Below are positions 41,441 through 50,600 of a stretch of 64,000 nt of DNA, piece after piece. The DNA lies in the IMG/VR virus record IMGVR_UViG_3300021963_000023, positions 187,150 to 251,149 of that record. The stretch is one strand, 5' to 3'. The position numbers and the translations under genes are program-made. Under the pieces are notes generated by a model. The model was not told the origin of the DNA. It worked only from the letters and a program-made list of their open reading frames with translations, and did no database searches. How positions within the stretch are numbered: position 1 is the stretch's first letter; each line of letters opens with the position of its first letter.

Positions 41441-42054
41441 TAAACGGGTACCACATATTTGATGATATAATTCCAGAATTAAATCAAAATAAATTAGAAG
41501 AATATGTTAAGTTTTCAAATTTAAAATGGAATTATCAACACAACATTACGGGGCTATATGGTGGAACGGATTCATTAGAATTACCCGCAAATGTTTTAAA
41601 GGGTATTGATATTACAGACACTACAATTCTTAATATAATAAATTCAATAAAGTTAAATTTACTAAATAAACTTAATTTGGAATTTGAAAAGGATTATCGA
41701 TATAAAATAAATTGGACCACCCCTATAGGAAAAAAATATGATTTTAAAAATTTAATACATATTGATATGGATGTGGCCCATATTGCTATTGTTTATTATA
41801 TAAACGATACCGATGGCAACACTATTTTTTTAAATAATAAAAATGGAAATTCTTCAGAATCCCATCAAAATAATTTTAAAGGTGTCAATTTGGATGATTT
41901 TGAAATTGTAAATAGAATACCACCCAAAAAAGGTAGGGCGGTTATATTTGATGGTAACATTTATCACTATGGCGAATACCCAACAATAACCGATAGATTT
42001 ATAATTAATTTTGATTTAGTTGGTAAAAATAAGAACAAAAATAAATTAATATAA
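41437..42054 (+). CDS. 2OG-Fe(II) oxygenase-like protein
   Basis: HID, VYYIND.DG.T, PKKGR..FDG..YH, R..IN; ends NKLI. Confidence 0.75.
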   Translation: MINGYHIFDDIIPELNQNKLEEYVKFSNLKWNYQHNITGLYGGTDSLELPANVLKGIDITDTTILNIINSIKLNLLNKLNLEFEKDYRYKINWTTPIGKKYDFKNLIHIDMDVAHIAIVYYINDTDGNTIFLNNKNGNSSESHQNNFKGVNLDDFEIVNRIPPKKGRAVIFDGNIYHYGEYPTITDRFIINFDLVGKNKNKNKLI

Positions 42055-42055
42055 T

Positions 42056-42694
42056 ATGGAAAAGATATTTTTTGATGACACAACATACATTTGGAAAACC
42101 AAATTAAATTATACAGGTGATAAATCATCTTTTTTAAAAGAAGCGTACTCTCTTATAGAATCCCAACCTAAAGTTAAATCAGATGGATTTGGATATAAAA
42201 GAGAATGGAACGAACATTTAAATTTTATTGGTGATGTTAAGGTTGAAACAAAATTAGATGAAATTTTTAAAATCGGTATTAATAAATGTAAAGAAATTTA
42301 TAATGAAAAAAATATAAATTACAATAAAATCAATACAGACTCTTGGGTTAATGTTGTTCGATCAAAAAATCCAGTACAAGACAATTTTCACAATGGTAAA
42401 AAATATCATATACATACCGAAATTAATAAAGGAAACAAACAATTTATTCCACACTATACATATGTTTATTATATTCAAATGCCAGATGTAATGAATGGCG
42501 ATGATGGTGTATTGTGTTTTTTAGGTGAAAATAAGAAAGAATATTTCATCAAACCAGAAGAAGATGATTTAATTATTATGGAGGCACATATCCCACACTC
42601 TCCAAATAGTGCACCAAACTCCACATTAGATAGAATAGTTATGGCTGGAAACGTTGGTTTTGATTTTATTAAAAAAGAAAAAACAATATTATAA
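42056..42694 (+). CDS. 2OG-Fe(II) oxygenase-like (DSBH) protein
   Basis: WVN, HIH, YVYY, PEE.DL...H.P, RIV.AGN; ends KTIL. Confidence 0.65.
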   Translation: MEKIFFDDTTYIWKTKLNYTGDKSSFLKEAYSLIESQPKVKSDGFGYKREWNEHLNFIGDVKVETKLDEIFKIGINKCKEIYNEKNINYNKINTDSWVNVVRSKNPVQDNFHNGKKYHIHTEINKGNKQFIPHYTYVYYIQMPDVMNGDDGVLCFLGENKKEYFIKPEEDDLIIMEAHIPHSPNSAPNSTLDRIVMAGNVGFDFIKKEKTIL

Positions 42695-43416
42695 TGCTAG
42701 TAGAAAATAAATTTTTATTTGTAAATCTACCAAGATGTGCTTCAACCTCTTTTCATATATCATGTTTAAGAAGTGGATTTAAAATTGAACATTACGGCCA
42801 ATCATTTGTAGACAATTATCATACACCAATTAATTTAACACTTAGTAATGAAGAGCTAGCAGACAACATGGTTCATCTTCATGAAAGATTAGATGTGTTA
42901 CTTTCAAAATTTGGGAATGAATATGATATCATATCCATAAAAAGAGATAAGTACGAAAGATTCTTATCATTGTGGAAGCATATAATCGATATAGCACACA
43001 TGGAAGGTAATATCGAATTATATAATATATTTAAAAAACTAGAGTTAGAAGATATTTTATTTTATAATTATTCAGATTTAATATCGAATGAGGAGTCTGT
43101 AATATCTGAATTTGTGAGAAGAAATAAAATTGAAAAACATATGACAGACATTCTTTATACTATGTTAATTATTTTAGTTAGACATGTCTCATTTTGGCAT
43201 AATAATAATCCCAAAATAAAATGGTTTGAATTTGGTGAGTTTACAGAATTAGAAGAATGGGTTTCTAATAAAACAGGTAAACCATTTAAAATGGGGAAAT
43301 CAAATGGAAGTCAACATTTTGATTGCAAATTAAAAATGAATAGTGATTTCATAAAAAGATATAATAATATTTATGATTATTATGATTTTCAAAAAAATGT
43401 TAAGACACTAATATAA
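42694..43416 (+). CDS. Sulfotransferase (family 2-like)
   Basis: FVNLPRCASTS PAPS loop, RDKYERFLS; ends KTLI. Confidence 0.7.
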   Translation: MLVENKFLFVNLPRCASTSFHISCLRSGFKIEHYGQSFVDNYHTPINLTLSNEELADNMVHLHERLDVLLSKFGNEYDIISIKRDKYERFLSLWKHIIDIAHMEGNIELYNIFKKLELEDILFYNYSDLISNEESVISEFVRRNKIEKHMTDILYTMLIILVRHVSFWHNNNPKIKWFEFGEFTELEEWVSNKTGKPFKMGKSNGSQHFDCKLKMNSDFIKRYNNIYDYYDFQKNVKTLI

Positions 43417-43417
43417 C

Positions 43418-43720
43418 ATGATTAACACCCCTAATATCGATTATAAAGAAATATTTGAAGCCTGGAAAATTTCACTCAAACCAACACTAAAACAAGAAGA
43501 ATTGGCTAAACTTAGGCTTGAGGTTTGTTTGGGGTGTAATTATAGAAAAGAAGTGGTTAAGGGGTTAAAATGGAGCACTCTTTGTGGAAAATGTGGATGC
43601 CCCTTAAATAAAAAAGTGTTTTCCCCAAATTATAATTCCTGCCCAGAAAAATTATGGGGTGATATTGATTCTAATTATTTGGAACCTCTTAACCCCAAAA
43701 ATAAAAACACTTTAATATAA
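43418..43720 (+). CDS. Small Cys-rich (Zn-finger-like) protein
   Basis: RLEVCLGC...CGKCGCPL..K....CP...W; ends NTLI. Confidence 0.65.
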   Translation: MINTPNIDYKEIFEAWKISLKPTLKQEELAKLRLEVCLGCNYRKEVVKGLKWSTLCGKCGCPLNKKVFSPNYNSCPEKLWGDIDSNYLEPLNPKNKNTLI

Positions 43721-43771
43721 ATAGTATATATCTATATATGTATATACAAATTTTAAAATGGTGATTAGTGA

Positions 43772-43779
43772 TATTTATA
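43772..43779 (+). promoter_or_regulatory. TATTTATA putative late-promoter motif
   Basis: Upstream of the ATP-grasp-Hint gene; same motif as before the fibre genes. Confidence 0.5.
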
Positions 43780-43805
43780 TAATAAGAAATAAAAAATAAG
43801 ATTTT

Positions 43806-45299
43806 ATGAAAGCAACAATAATTGGTAGTGATTTTTTACAAAAAGATGGTTCGGTCAAATTTTTGGAAATAAATACAAACACCACAATCTATAATGAGGG
43901 CGCGGATTTGTTAGAATATGACGCGTTATTTAATATGTTAAATGTTAATAATATTACAGAATTTCATTATATATGGACGGAAAATGATGCATATAGCCCA
44001 TTAAATCAGGCACACAGATTTGTGCAAATATTAAAAACAAAATGTGAGGAAAATAATATATCATATACTGATCATATTGTGCCAATGAATTCGGTAACTG
44101 TACCTTTTATTGAAGACGCTAATAATAAATTTATCTTAAGACAGTCCTTTGATACTACCGCATTGGTAGATGAAACATATTGTGCTGATAAATTTGAATT
44201 TTTTAATTTAATGAAAGATTCACAATATATCCCCAAAACACATTACACATCGGATACATTAAATTTAAATACTTTGGATGAGGTGAATTATACTGATACT
44301 GAAAACCCAAACGTATTAATAAAATATCGTTATCCACAATATGATAAATCATTATACCCGGCCCTATATGCAGTTTCTAATAATACCGAATTATCTGATA
44401 CAATAAATTCTGCTGAAAGTAATTTTTTAGTTCAAGAATTTATATTTTCAGAAGAAAATTTGGTGGAGGGTAGATATTCGATTATAAGAGGGATTGATAT
44501 CATATATGGGTCTAATTTAGATGTTATTAATATGGGTGGCTATAGTCAATCCACGATAATACCGGTTTTATTTGCAACTACAGAACTTATTCCCAATACA
44601 AAAAAATTAAACCAAAAAAGTAGATACAAATATATTACAAAAGATGTTGGTGGATCAAAAGGAAAAGATTATCATACCGATGATGATTCAAATATTTTAA
44701 ACTATGATGGCTCATTAACAAATGTTAGTACAATACAATTGGGTGATTATGTTCGTTCTATTAATTTTGTGGATTCAAATGAAAATGAAGCTAAAGCTTT
44801 TACTAATGAAATTTTAACATACGGTTGGGATAGTACATTACAGCAATCAAATGACACATTAGTACCATTACAATCTGAATTAGTGGGTATGATATCATCA
44901 TCAGTTGAAATGGTAATGATAAAAATAACATTAGAAGATGGTAGAACTTGGTCAGATACTCCTGCGTGTGTATATTATATTGAAGAAAAAGATTCAACAG
45001 CAACTAGGTTTGAAAAGGTAAATAGTCTATATGTTGGTGATAAATTAGTTATAACCGATTCAAATACTAATCAATTAACAACCATAACAATTACGGGATT
45101 AGAAATGATATATGAAACCAAAACAATTTACACATTAGATTTTGCACCTTCTGATTTATTCTTAGTTGATATTGGCGATTTTCAATTTAGTGTAATGCAT
45201 AATGGTTGCTGGTGTAGTTATTCATATTGTGGTAACTGGTGTTATTCATCATGGTGTCCAACCTGTCAATATGGCGGGTTTCAAAAATTTCAACCCTAA
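43806..45299 (+). CDS. Circularly permuted ATP-grasp-like domain + Hint domain + C-terminal Cys-rich peptide
   Basis: N-terminal D......KFLEINTN, later VLIK and LVQEFI; Hint-like SNILNYDGS...IQLGDYVRS ... LYVGDKL ... IYTLDF...VMHN; then GCWCSYSYCGNWCYSSWCPTCQYGGFQKFQP. Confidence 0.7.
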   Translation: MKATIIGSDFLQKDGSVKFLEINTNTTIYNEGADLLEYDALFNMLNVNNITEFHYIWTENDAYSPLNQAHRFVQILKTKCEENNISYTDHIVPMNSVTVPFIEDANNKFILRQSFDTTALVDETYCADKFEFFNLMKDSQYIPKTHYTSDTLNLNTLDEVNYTDTENPNVLIKYRYPQYDKSLYPALYAVSNNTELSDTINSAESNFLVQEFIFSEENLVEGRYSIIRGIDIIYGSNLDVINMGGYSQSTIIPVLFATTELIPNTKKLNQKSRYKYITKDVGGSKGKDYHTDDDSNILNYDGSLTNVSTIQLGDYVRSINFVDSNENEAKAFTNEILTYGWDSTLQQSNDTLVPLQSELVGMISSSVEMVMIKITLEDGRTWSDTPACVYYIEEKDSTATRFEKVNSLYVGDKLVITDSNTNQLTTITITGLEMIYETKTIYTLDFAPSDLFLVDIGDFQFSVMHNGCWCSYSYCGNWCYSSWCPTCQYGGFQKFQP

Positions 45300-45333
45300 G
45301 ATTTTTAATAAAAATATAAAATAAAAACATATC

Positions 45334-45480
45334 ATGGCAAAGACCCCAAAAATAAGAGAAGAAAGACCATCAACTGTTATCAAGTTAGTAATTAGTCCAC
45401 TATCTACGGATGTAAAGACAAAAATATCAACAGCATTTCAAGCAGTTGTTACCGCTATAAAAGATAAACACTTATCATAA
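45334..45480 (+). CDS. Small 48-aa basic protein (not in ORF track)
   Basis: ATG 45334 to TAA 45480: MAKTPKIREERPSTVIKLVISPLSTDVKTKISTAFQAVVTAIKDKHLS; A-rich leader; fills the gap between neighbours. Confidence 0.6.
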   Translation: MAKTPKIREERPSTVIKLVISPLSTDVKTKISTAFQAVVTAIKDKHLS

Positions 45481-45515
45481 GTTAAAAAGACGAATGTTTG
45501 TTCATCCATTTATAT

Positions 45516-46085
45516 ATGATAAATCATTCAATCAATAATAACGTATTTACACAAACCGAATGTCTTGATATAATTGATTTTTGTATTCAACACGGTAAAC
45601 CTTTTTCATATCGTCCGAATGAATTTTGGGATTGTAGAAGAATACATGATGAGGGATTTAAGGAACAAATAATTACTTCATTAATGAATAATTATAAAAC
45701 CGGGAATTTTAATTTATGGTTTGATTTTGATGATTTTAATCTAAGGAATTTTCTTATTAGTTTAACATCTTATTACGATGGTAGATACCTAAATTTACAC
45801 AAAGATATTGATAGTGAGTTAACGTCGGTAATTGTATTATCAAATGGATTTGAAGGTGGTCAATTCGCATTAAGTGATAGTAACAGACCAGATATTCATT
45901 TTAATAAAATGGATGATATTACTACTTATGATTTAAAAATTGGTGATATGATATCCTTCAATGGGTCAAAAACCTATCATGGGGTTTTACCGGTCACAAA
46001 TGGTACACGATATGCCTTAAATATTTGGATGGATAACATCAATTCTGACCGATTAAAACGTAAAGTTGAAAAAACATTGATATGA
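45516..46085 (+). CDS. 2OG-Fe(II) oxygenase
   Basis: LHKD, FEGGQF, HGVLPV..G.RYAL; ends KTLI. ATG 45516 preferred over TTG 45498. Confidence 0.8.
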   Translation: MINHSINNNVFTQTECLDIIDFCIQHGKPFSYRPNEFWDCRRIHDEGFKEQIITSLMNNYKTGNFNLWFDFDDFNLRNFLISLTSYYDGRYLNLHKDIDSELTSVIVLSNGFEGGQFALSDSNRPDIHFNKMDDITTYDLKIGDMISFNGSKTYHGVLPVTNGTRYALNIWMDNINSDRLKRKVEKTLI

Positions 46086-46579
46086 GTATATTAATTGTTG
46101 CATTACCTAGAACCGGTTCAACTTCATTATTATATAAATTAGCAAAAGAAAAGGGATTAACTCCGATATTTGAACCATTCGATAATAGTGGAAGATTTAA
46201 GTATAATGGTGAAAAAAACGTAGTCCTTAAAACAATAATATGTCATCACCCAAACAATTTTGAATTAAGTAAGTACTTTGACAAGGTAATATTATTATCT
46301 AGAAAAAATATATTAGAATGTGTAGAATCTCACGCATACCAAATCTACTTCTCAAAAAAGAAAAATTACAATTCAAATCATCAATATTATTACGAAGAAG
46401 TACCATCTAAGTTATTTGATTTATGTTATAATGATGTAATGAAATGGAATAAGGATTTGAGTGAATTATCTTATAGACTTAACACCCCAATTACATATTA
46501 TGAAGACATATATGATATCAATAGTAATGAAAGATTACGAAAAGGGAATAAAAGTGAATTTAATAAAAAACTAATTTAA
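46082..46579 (+). CDS. Sulfotransferase-like P-loop protein
   Basis: ALPRTGSTS, FEPF, LSRKN, YYED; ends KKLI. Confidence 0.7.
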   Translation: MSILIVALPRTGSTSLLYKLAKEKGLTPIFEPFDNSGRFKYNGEKNVVLKTIICHHPNNFELSKYFDKVILLSRKNILECVESHAYQIYFSKKKNYNSNHQYYYEEVPSKLFDLCYNDVMKWNKDLSELSYRLNTPITYYEDIYDINSNERLRKGNKSEFNKKLI

Positions 46580-46584
46580 TTATT

Positions 46585-46992
46585 GTGAATTATACAACAC
46601 CATATGATTTTTTAAAAAATTGTGTAATGACTAGAATCAAACCAAGTGGGGTACACGGTGTTGGTGTTTTTGCAATTAGGGATATTAAAAAGGGTGAAAC
46701 CGTTTTTGAATTTTGGCAAGGAAAAACGGGGATATATGAAATTTCTAAAGCTGAGTTTGACACCTTTTCAGAGGAATTACAAGATTTTATAAGAGCAATG
46801 CGTGGTCACCCGTATAAAGTTAAACTTACAAATGGGTGTGTATATGGTTGTACAAATCATTATATTAATACAAATTTTGAAAACGGAACGGTTGATTGTT
46901 TCACATTTAAAGCATTGGCCGATATTCCATTAAATGAGGAGTTGTTTAGTAATTATGGGAATAACCATAGACATGAATATAAATTAATATAA
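46585..46992 (+). CDS. SET-domain protein
   Basis: SGVHGVGVFAIRDIKKGE, YIN, DI..NEEL..NYG; ends YKLI. Confidence 0.75.
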   Translation: MNYTTPYDFLKNCVMTRIKPSGVHGVGVFAIRDIKKGETVFEFWQGKTGIYEISKAEFDTFSEELQDFIRAMRGHPYKVKLTNGCVYGCTNHYINTNFENGTVDCFTFKALADIPLNEELFSNYGNNHRHEYKLI

Positions 46993-46993
46993 A

Positions 46994-47557
46994 ATGATTA
47001 TTACAATACTATGTGAACCTAGAAGTGGATCTACAAATTTGGCCAATTGGTTTTTTATAAGAAAGGATTTCACGGTATTATATGAACCATATAATATTAA
47101 GTCAGAATGGTACAAGAACAAAATACCACCCCAAAACTGGGAATTTACAACTGAACATCTATTAATAAAGGAAATTTATTCAAAAGAAATAAATTATACC
47201 GATTTATTAGACATATCAGACAAAATCATTATTCTTTATAGAGAAAATGAATATGAACAATCGCTATCCTGGGAAAATGCTGTTGCAACAAATAACTGGG
47301 ATAGGCCGTGGGTTTATGAAGAAAACTCTGAAAAAAAACAAACCGTAGGGTTGGATTATTTTTATGATATAAAAGAAGGTATTAAAGAAAATTATATTAA
47401 TAAGAATTATTTCACAATATCATACGAAGAATTATATTATAATAATGGGTTTCAAAGGGTTGTGGATTACCTTAATATTGATGGTGTTGAGAACACTGGG
47501 TTCCCATATGGCCAGAAATATAGAATTAATACTGACAAACCCAGGCCATTAATTTAA
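46994..47557 (+). CDS. Sulfotransferase-like P-loop protein
   Basis: EPRSGSTNL, YEP, LYREN...Q..S, ISYEELY; ends RPLI. Confidence 0.7.
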   Translation: MIITILCEPRSGSTNLANWFFIRKDFTVLYEPYNIKSEWYKNKIPPQNWEFTTEHLLIKEIYSKEINYTDLLDISDKIIILYRENEYEQSLSWENAVATNNWDRPWVYEENSEKKQTVGLDYFYDIKEGIKENYINKNYFTISYEELYYNNGFQRVVDYLNIDGVENTGFPYGQKYRINTDKPRPLI

Positions 47558-47633
47558 ATCCTTTTATAAAACCAATATTTTAATTACCATAATCAAAGGA
47601 CAAACTATTTATCTATGTATAATACACATTTAG

Positions 47634-50600
47634 ATGAATATATTTGATCCTCACATATCGGGCTCCCTATCAGTATCTGGTTCGGGAGAAATTTCAGGAG
47701 ACTTAAGGGTACTGGGTACCATTTCTGGCTCTATTAAGGGAGACGGGTCTCAACTCTTTAATATACCCTCTAGCGGTGTTACAGGGCTCAATTTAACACG
47801 AATTGCTGATGGGGTTGCCACAGCATCCATTTCTTCAGCAAACGGCTTAAGAATTAACTCAAATACCGAAATTACGGGGACATTAAAACTTAATAAAGTA
47901 AACTTAGGTAGTAACAACATTGTTGATATTACTCTTACAGATGGGGGAGGGAAATATTTCATCAACGGAGTTAGAGCTCCAAGGTTATCCTTCATTAAGG
48001 GATTCAAATATAGATTTTATTTTAATAACAATAACGTACACCCATTACTTTTTTCTTTAACTAGCGAAGGGGAACACAATGGAGGTACAATATATACCAC
48101 TGGAATAACAACCAACTCCGACCCTTTTTATGTTGAAGTTGATGTTACCGATGCCACAGCCACAACATTCTATTATTGGTGTGACCATCACGTTGGGATG
48201 GGTAATGCTATAACAGTATATTCGGATTTTATACATGGTCAATCTAGTATTGGTCTCATTAACGTAGATACAACTGCACTTGCCACAACCGGGTCAAATA
48301 ACTTTACAAATATTCAAAGAACAAGTGGGTCCTTAGTGGTGACCGGTTCCGTTGATATCACAGGTTCAATTACATTGAATGGTCAAGCAATTGGAACAGG
48401 AAAATTGGATGAAACAACATTTCAATCATATACAAGTTCAAACGATTCAACCAACTCAACACAAAATAGTCGGTTAACATCAATCGAGTCTGCAACGAGT
48501 AGTTTGAATTCATTTACTAGTTCCATCGATAATACAATTAAAAATAAACTTAATACGGAAGCAGTTATAACTGGAAGCGTTCAAGTTTTAATAACAGGAA
48601 CAACAGGATATTCCACGTTTAGCTCAAGTGTGTCTACAAGTATAGGTTCATTATCTAGTTCAGTTGCCACCACAACAAGTGGATTATCATCTAGCATTGG
48701 TTCTTTGAGTTCTAGTGTTGATTCTTTATCCTCATCAATTGCAACAACAACTAGTGGGTTAAGTTCTAGTGTTGCAACAACAACAAGTGGATTAAGCTCA
48801 AGTATTGGAAGTTTATCTTCGTCTTTTAGTTCCACTAATGATACTCAGAATGGTAAATTAACAAGTATTGAAACATCAACAAGTAGTTTAAATACATTTA
48901 CTAGTTCTATTGACACAACAATTAAAAATAAACTTAACACAGAAACGGTTATATCGGGAAGTGTTCAAGTTATAATAACAGGAACAACTGGTTATTCAAC
49001 ATTCAGCTCAAGTATATCAACAAGTGTAGGATTATTAAGTTCGTCAGTTGCTACAACAACAAGTGGATTAAGCTCAAGTATTGGAAGTTTATCTTCATCT
49101 TTTAGTTCTACCAGTGATGCACAGAATAATAAAATTACAAGTATTGAAACATCAACAAGTAGTTTAAATTCATATACAAGTAGTAATATTACTAACATAA
49201 ATGCAATTCATACATCAACAGGTAGTTTAAATACATTTAGTTCATCAATATTAGGTAGTATTGAACTTACTGGTTCTAATTTAACAGTTAAAGGAGATTT
49301 ACTTGTTAAAGGAACAACAACACAAATCGATTCAACAACCGTAAACATTGGCGATAATATCATTCAATTAAATGGTACTGGTGCAACCAATGCGGGTATT
49401 GTTGTTAGAGATGCAACAGCACCAAATACCATTTCAGGATCATTGTTATGGGACACAACAAATGATTATTGGAAGGCTGGAATTGTAGGAAGTGAAGAAA
49501 AAATAATTCTTAATACTGAATACTCAACGTTCTCTACATCAATAGATTCTAGAGCAACTAGTTTACAAACATCAACAAGTTCTTTAAACACATATACCAG
49601 TTCTAATAATACTAACATAAGTGCTATTCACACATCAACCGGTAGTTTAAATACATTTACATCTAGTGCTAATACTAAATTTGGTGTTATCGAAACCTCC
49701 ACATCAAGTTTAAATACATTTACTTCTTCGTTATTAACGGCAATAGAGTTAACAGGTTCTAACCTTACAGTTAGAGGTAACTTCTTGGTTAAAGGTACAA
49801 CAACAAACGTTAATACAACAACGTTAGATGTTGATAATAATCTAATTAACTTAAATGGTAATGGTGCGTCATTTGCTGGTATACGAGTTAAAGATACAAC
49901 AGGTCCAAATTTAATATCAGGGTCATTATTATGGGATGCAACAAATGATTATTGGATTGCGGGTCAATTAGGTTCAGAACAAAGATTAGTAAGAGAAACA
50001 GAATTTAACAATGCCGTTACAAGAGTAGGTAATGTTGAAACTTCAACAGGTTCATTAAACTCTTTTACGAGTTCTATTAATACAACCATTAAAACAAAAT
50101 TAAATACTGAAGGTGTTTTAAGTGGATCCATTCAAGTTAATCACAATACAACAACAAATTATGTTGCAAATGAACATATAAACCATACGGCGGTTTCAAT
50201 TACTGCAGGAAGTGGTTTAACTGGTGGCGGAGATATATCAACAACACGGACAATTAATGTGGGTGCGGGTAACGGTATAACAGTAAATGCTGATGATATT
50301 GCAATTGATACATCGTCAGCAACATTTACCACGGGTGTTAAAACTAAATTAAATACTGAAGGTGTAATATCAGGTTCTGCACAAGTTACTGGATTAAGTA
50401 ACGCACAATTAACAAACTCATCGTTTCATGTTGGAACAACATCAATATCATTAGGTAGAACAAGTGCGTCTCAAACATTAACGGGAATATCAATTGATGG
50501 CACCTCAGCTTATGCCACTCAATGGGGTACTAGTGCTGGATATGCTAATTTTAGTTCAACTGCTATATCAAGTGGTGTAGGATGGGTTTTGGGTACTACA

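Noticed and set aside
43724-43747. GTATATA...TATATAC inverted repeat upstream of 43806
   Set aside because: Low-complexity TA run; likely by chance at this AT content.
44673-45203. Canonical splicing intein or mobile element
   Set aside because: No Cys/Ser1, no block B His, the +1 residue is Gly, and there is no endonuclease domain. It fits a cleavage-only Hint domain.
6199-49198. Minus-strand ORFs with ELNPLVVVA repeats and other short antisense or alternate-frame ORFs
   Set aside because: They are shadows of the Ser/Thr repeat codons of + strand genes, with no independent signals.
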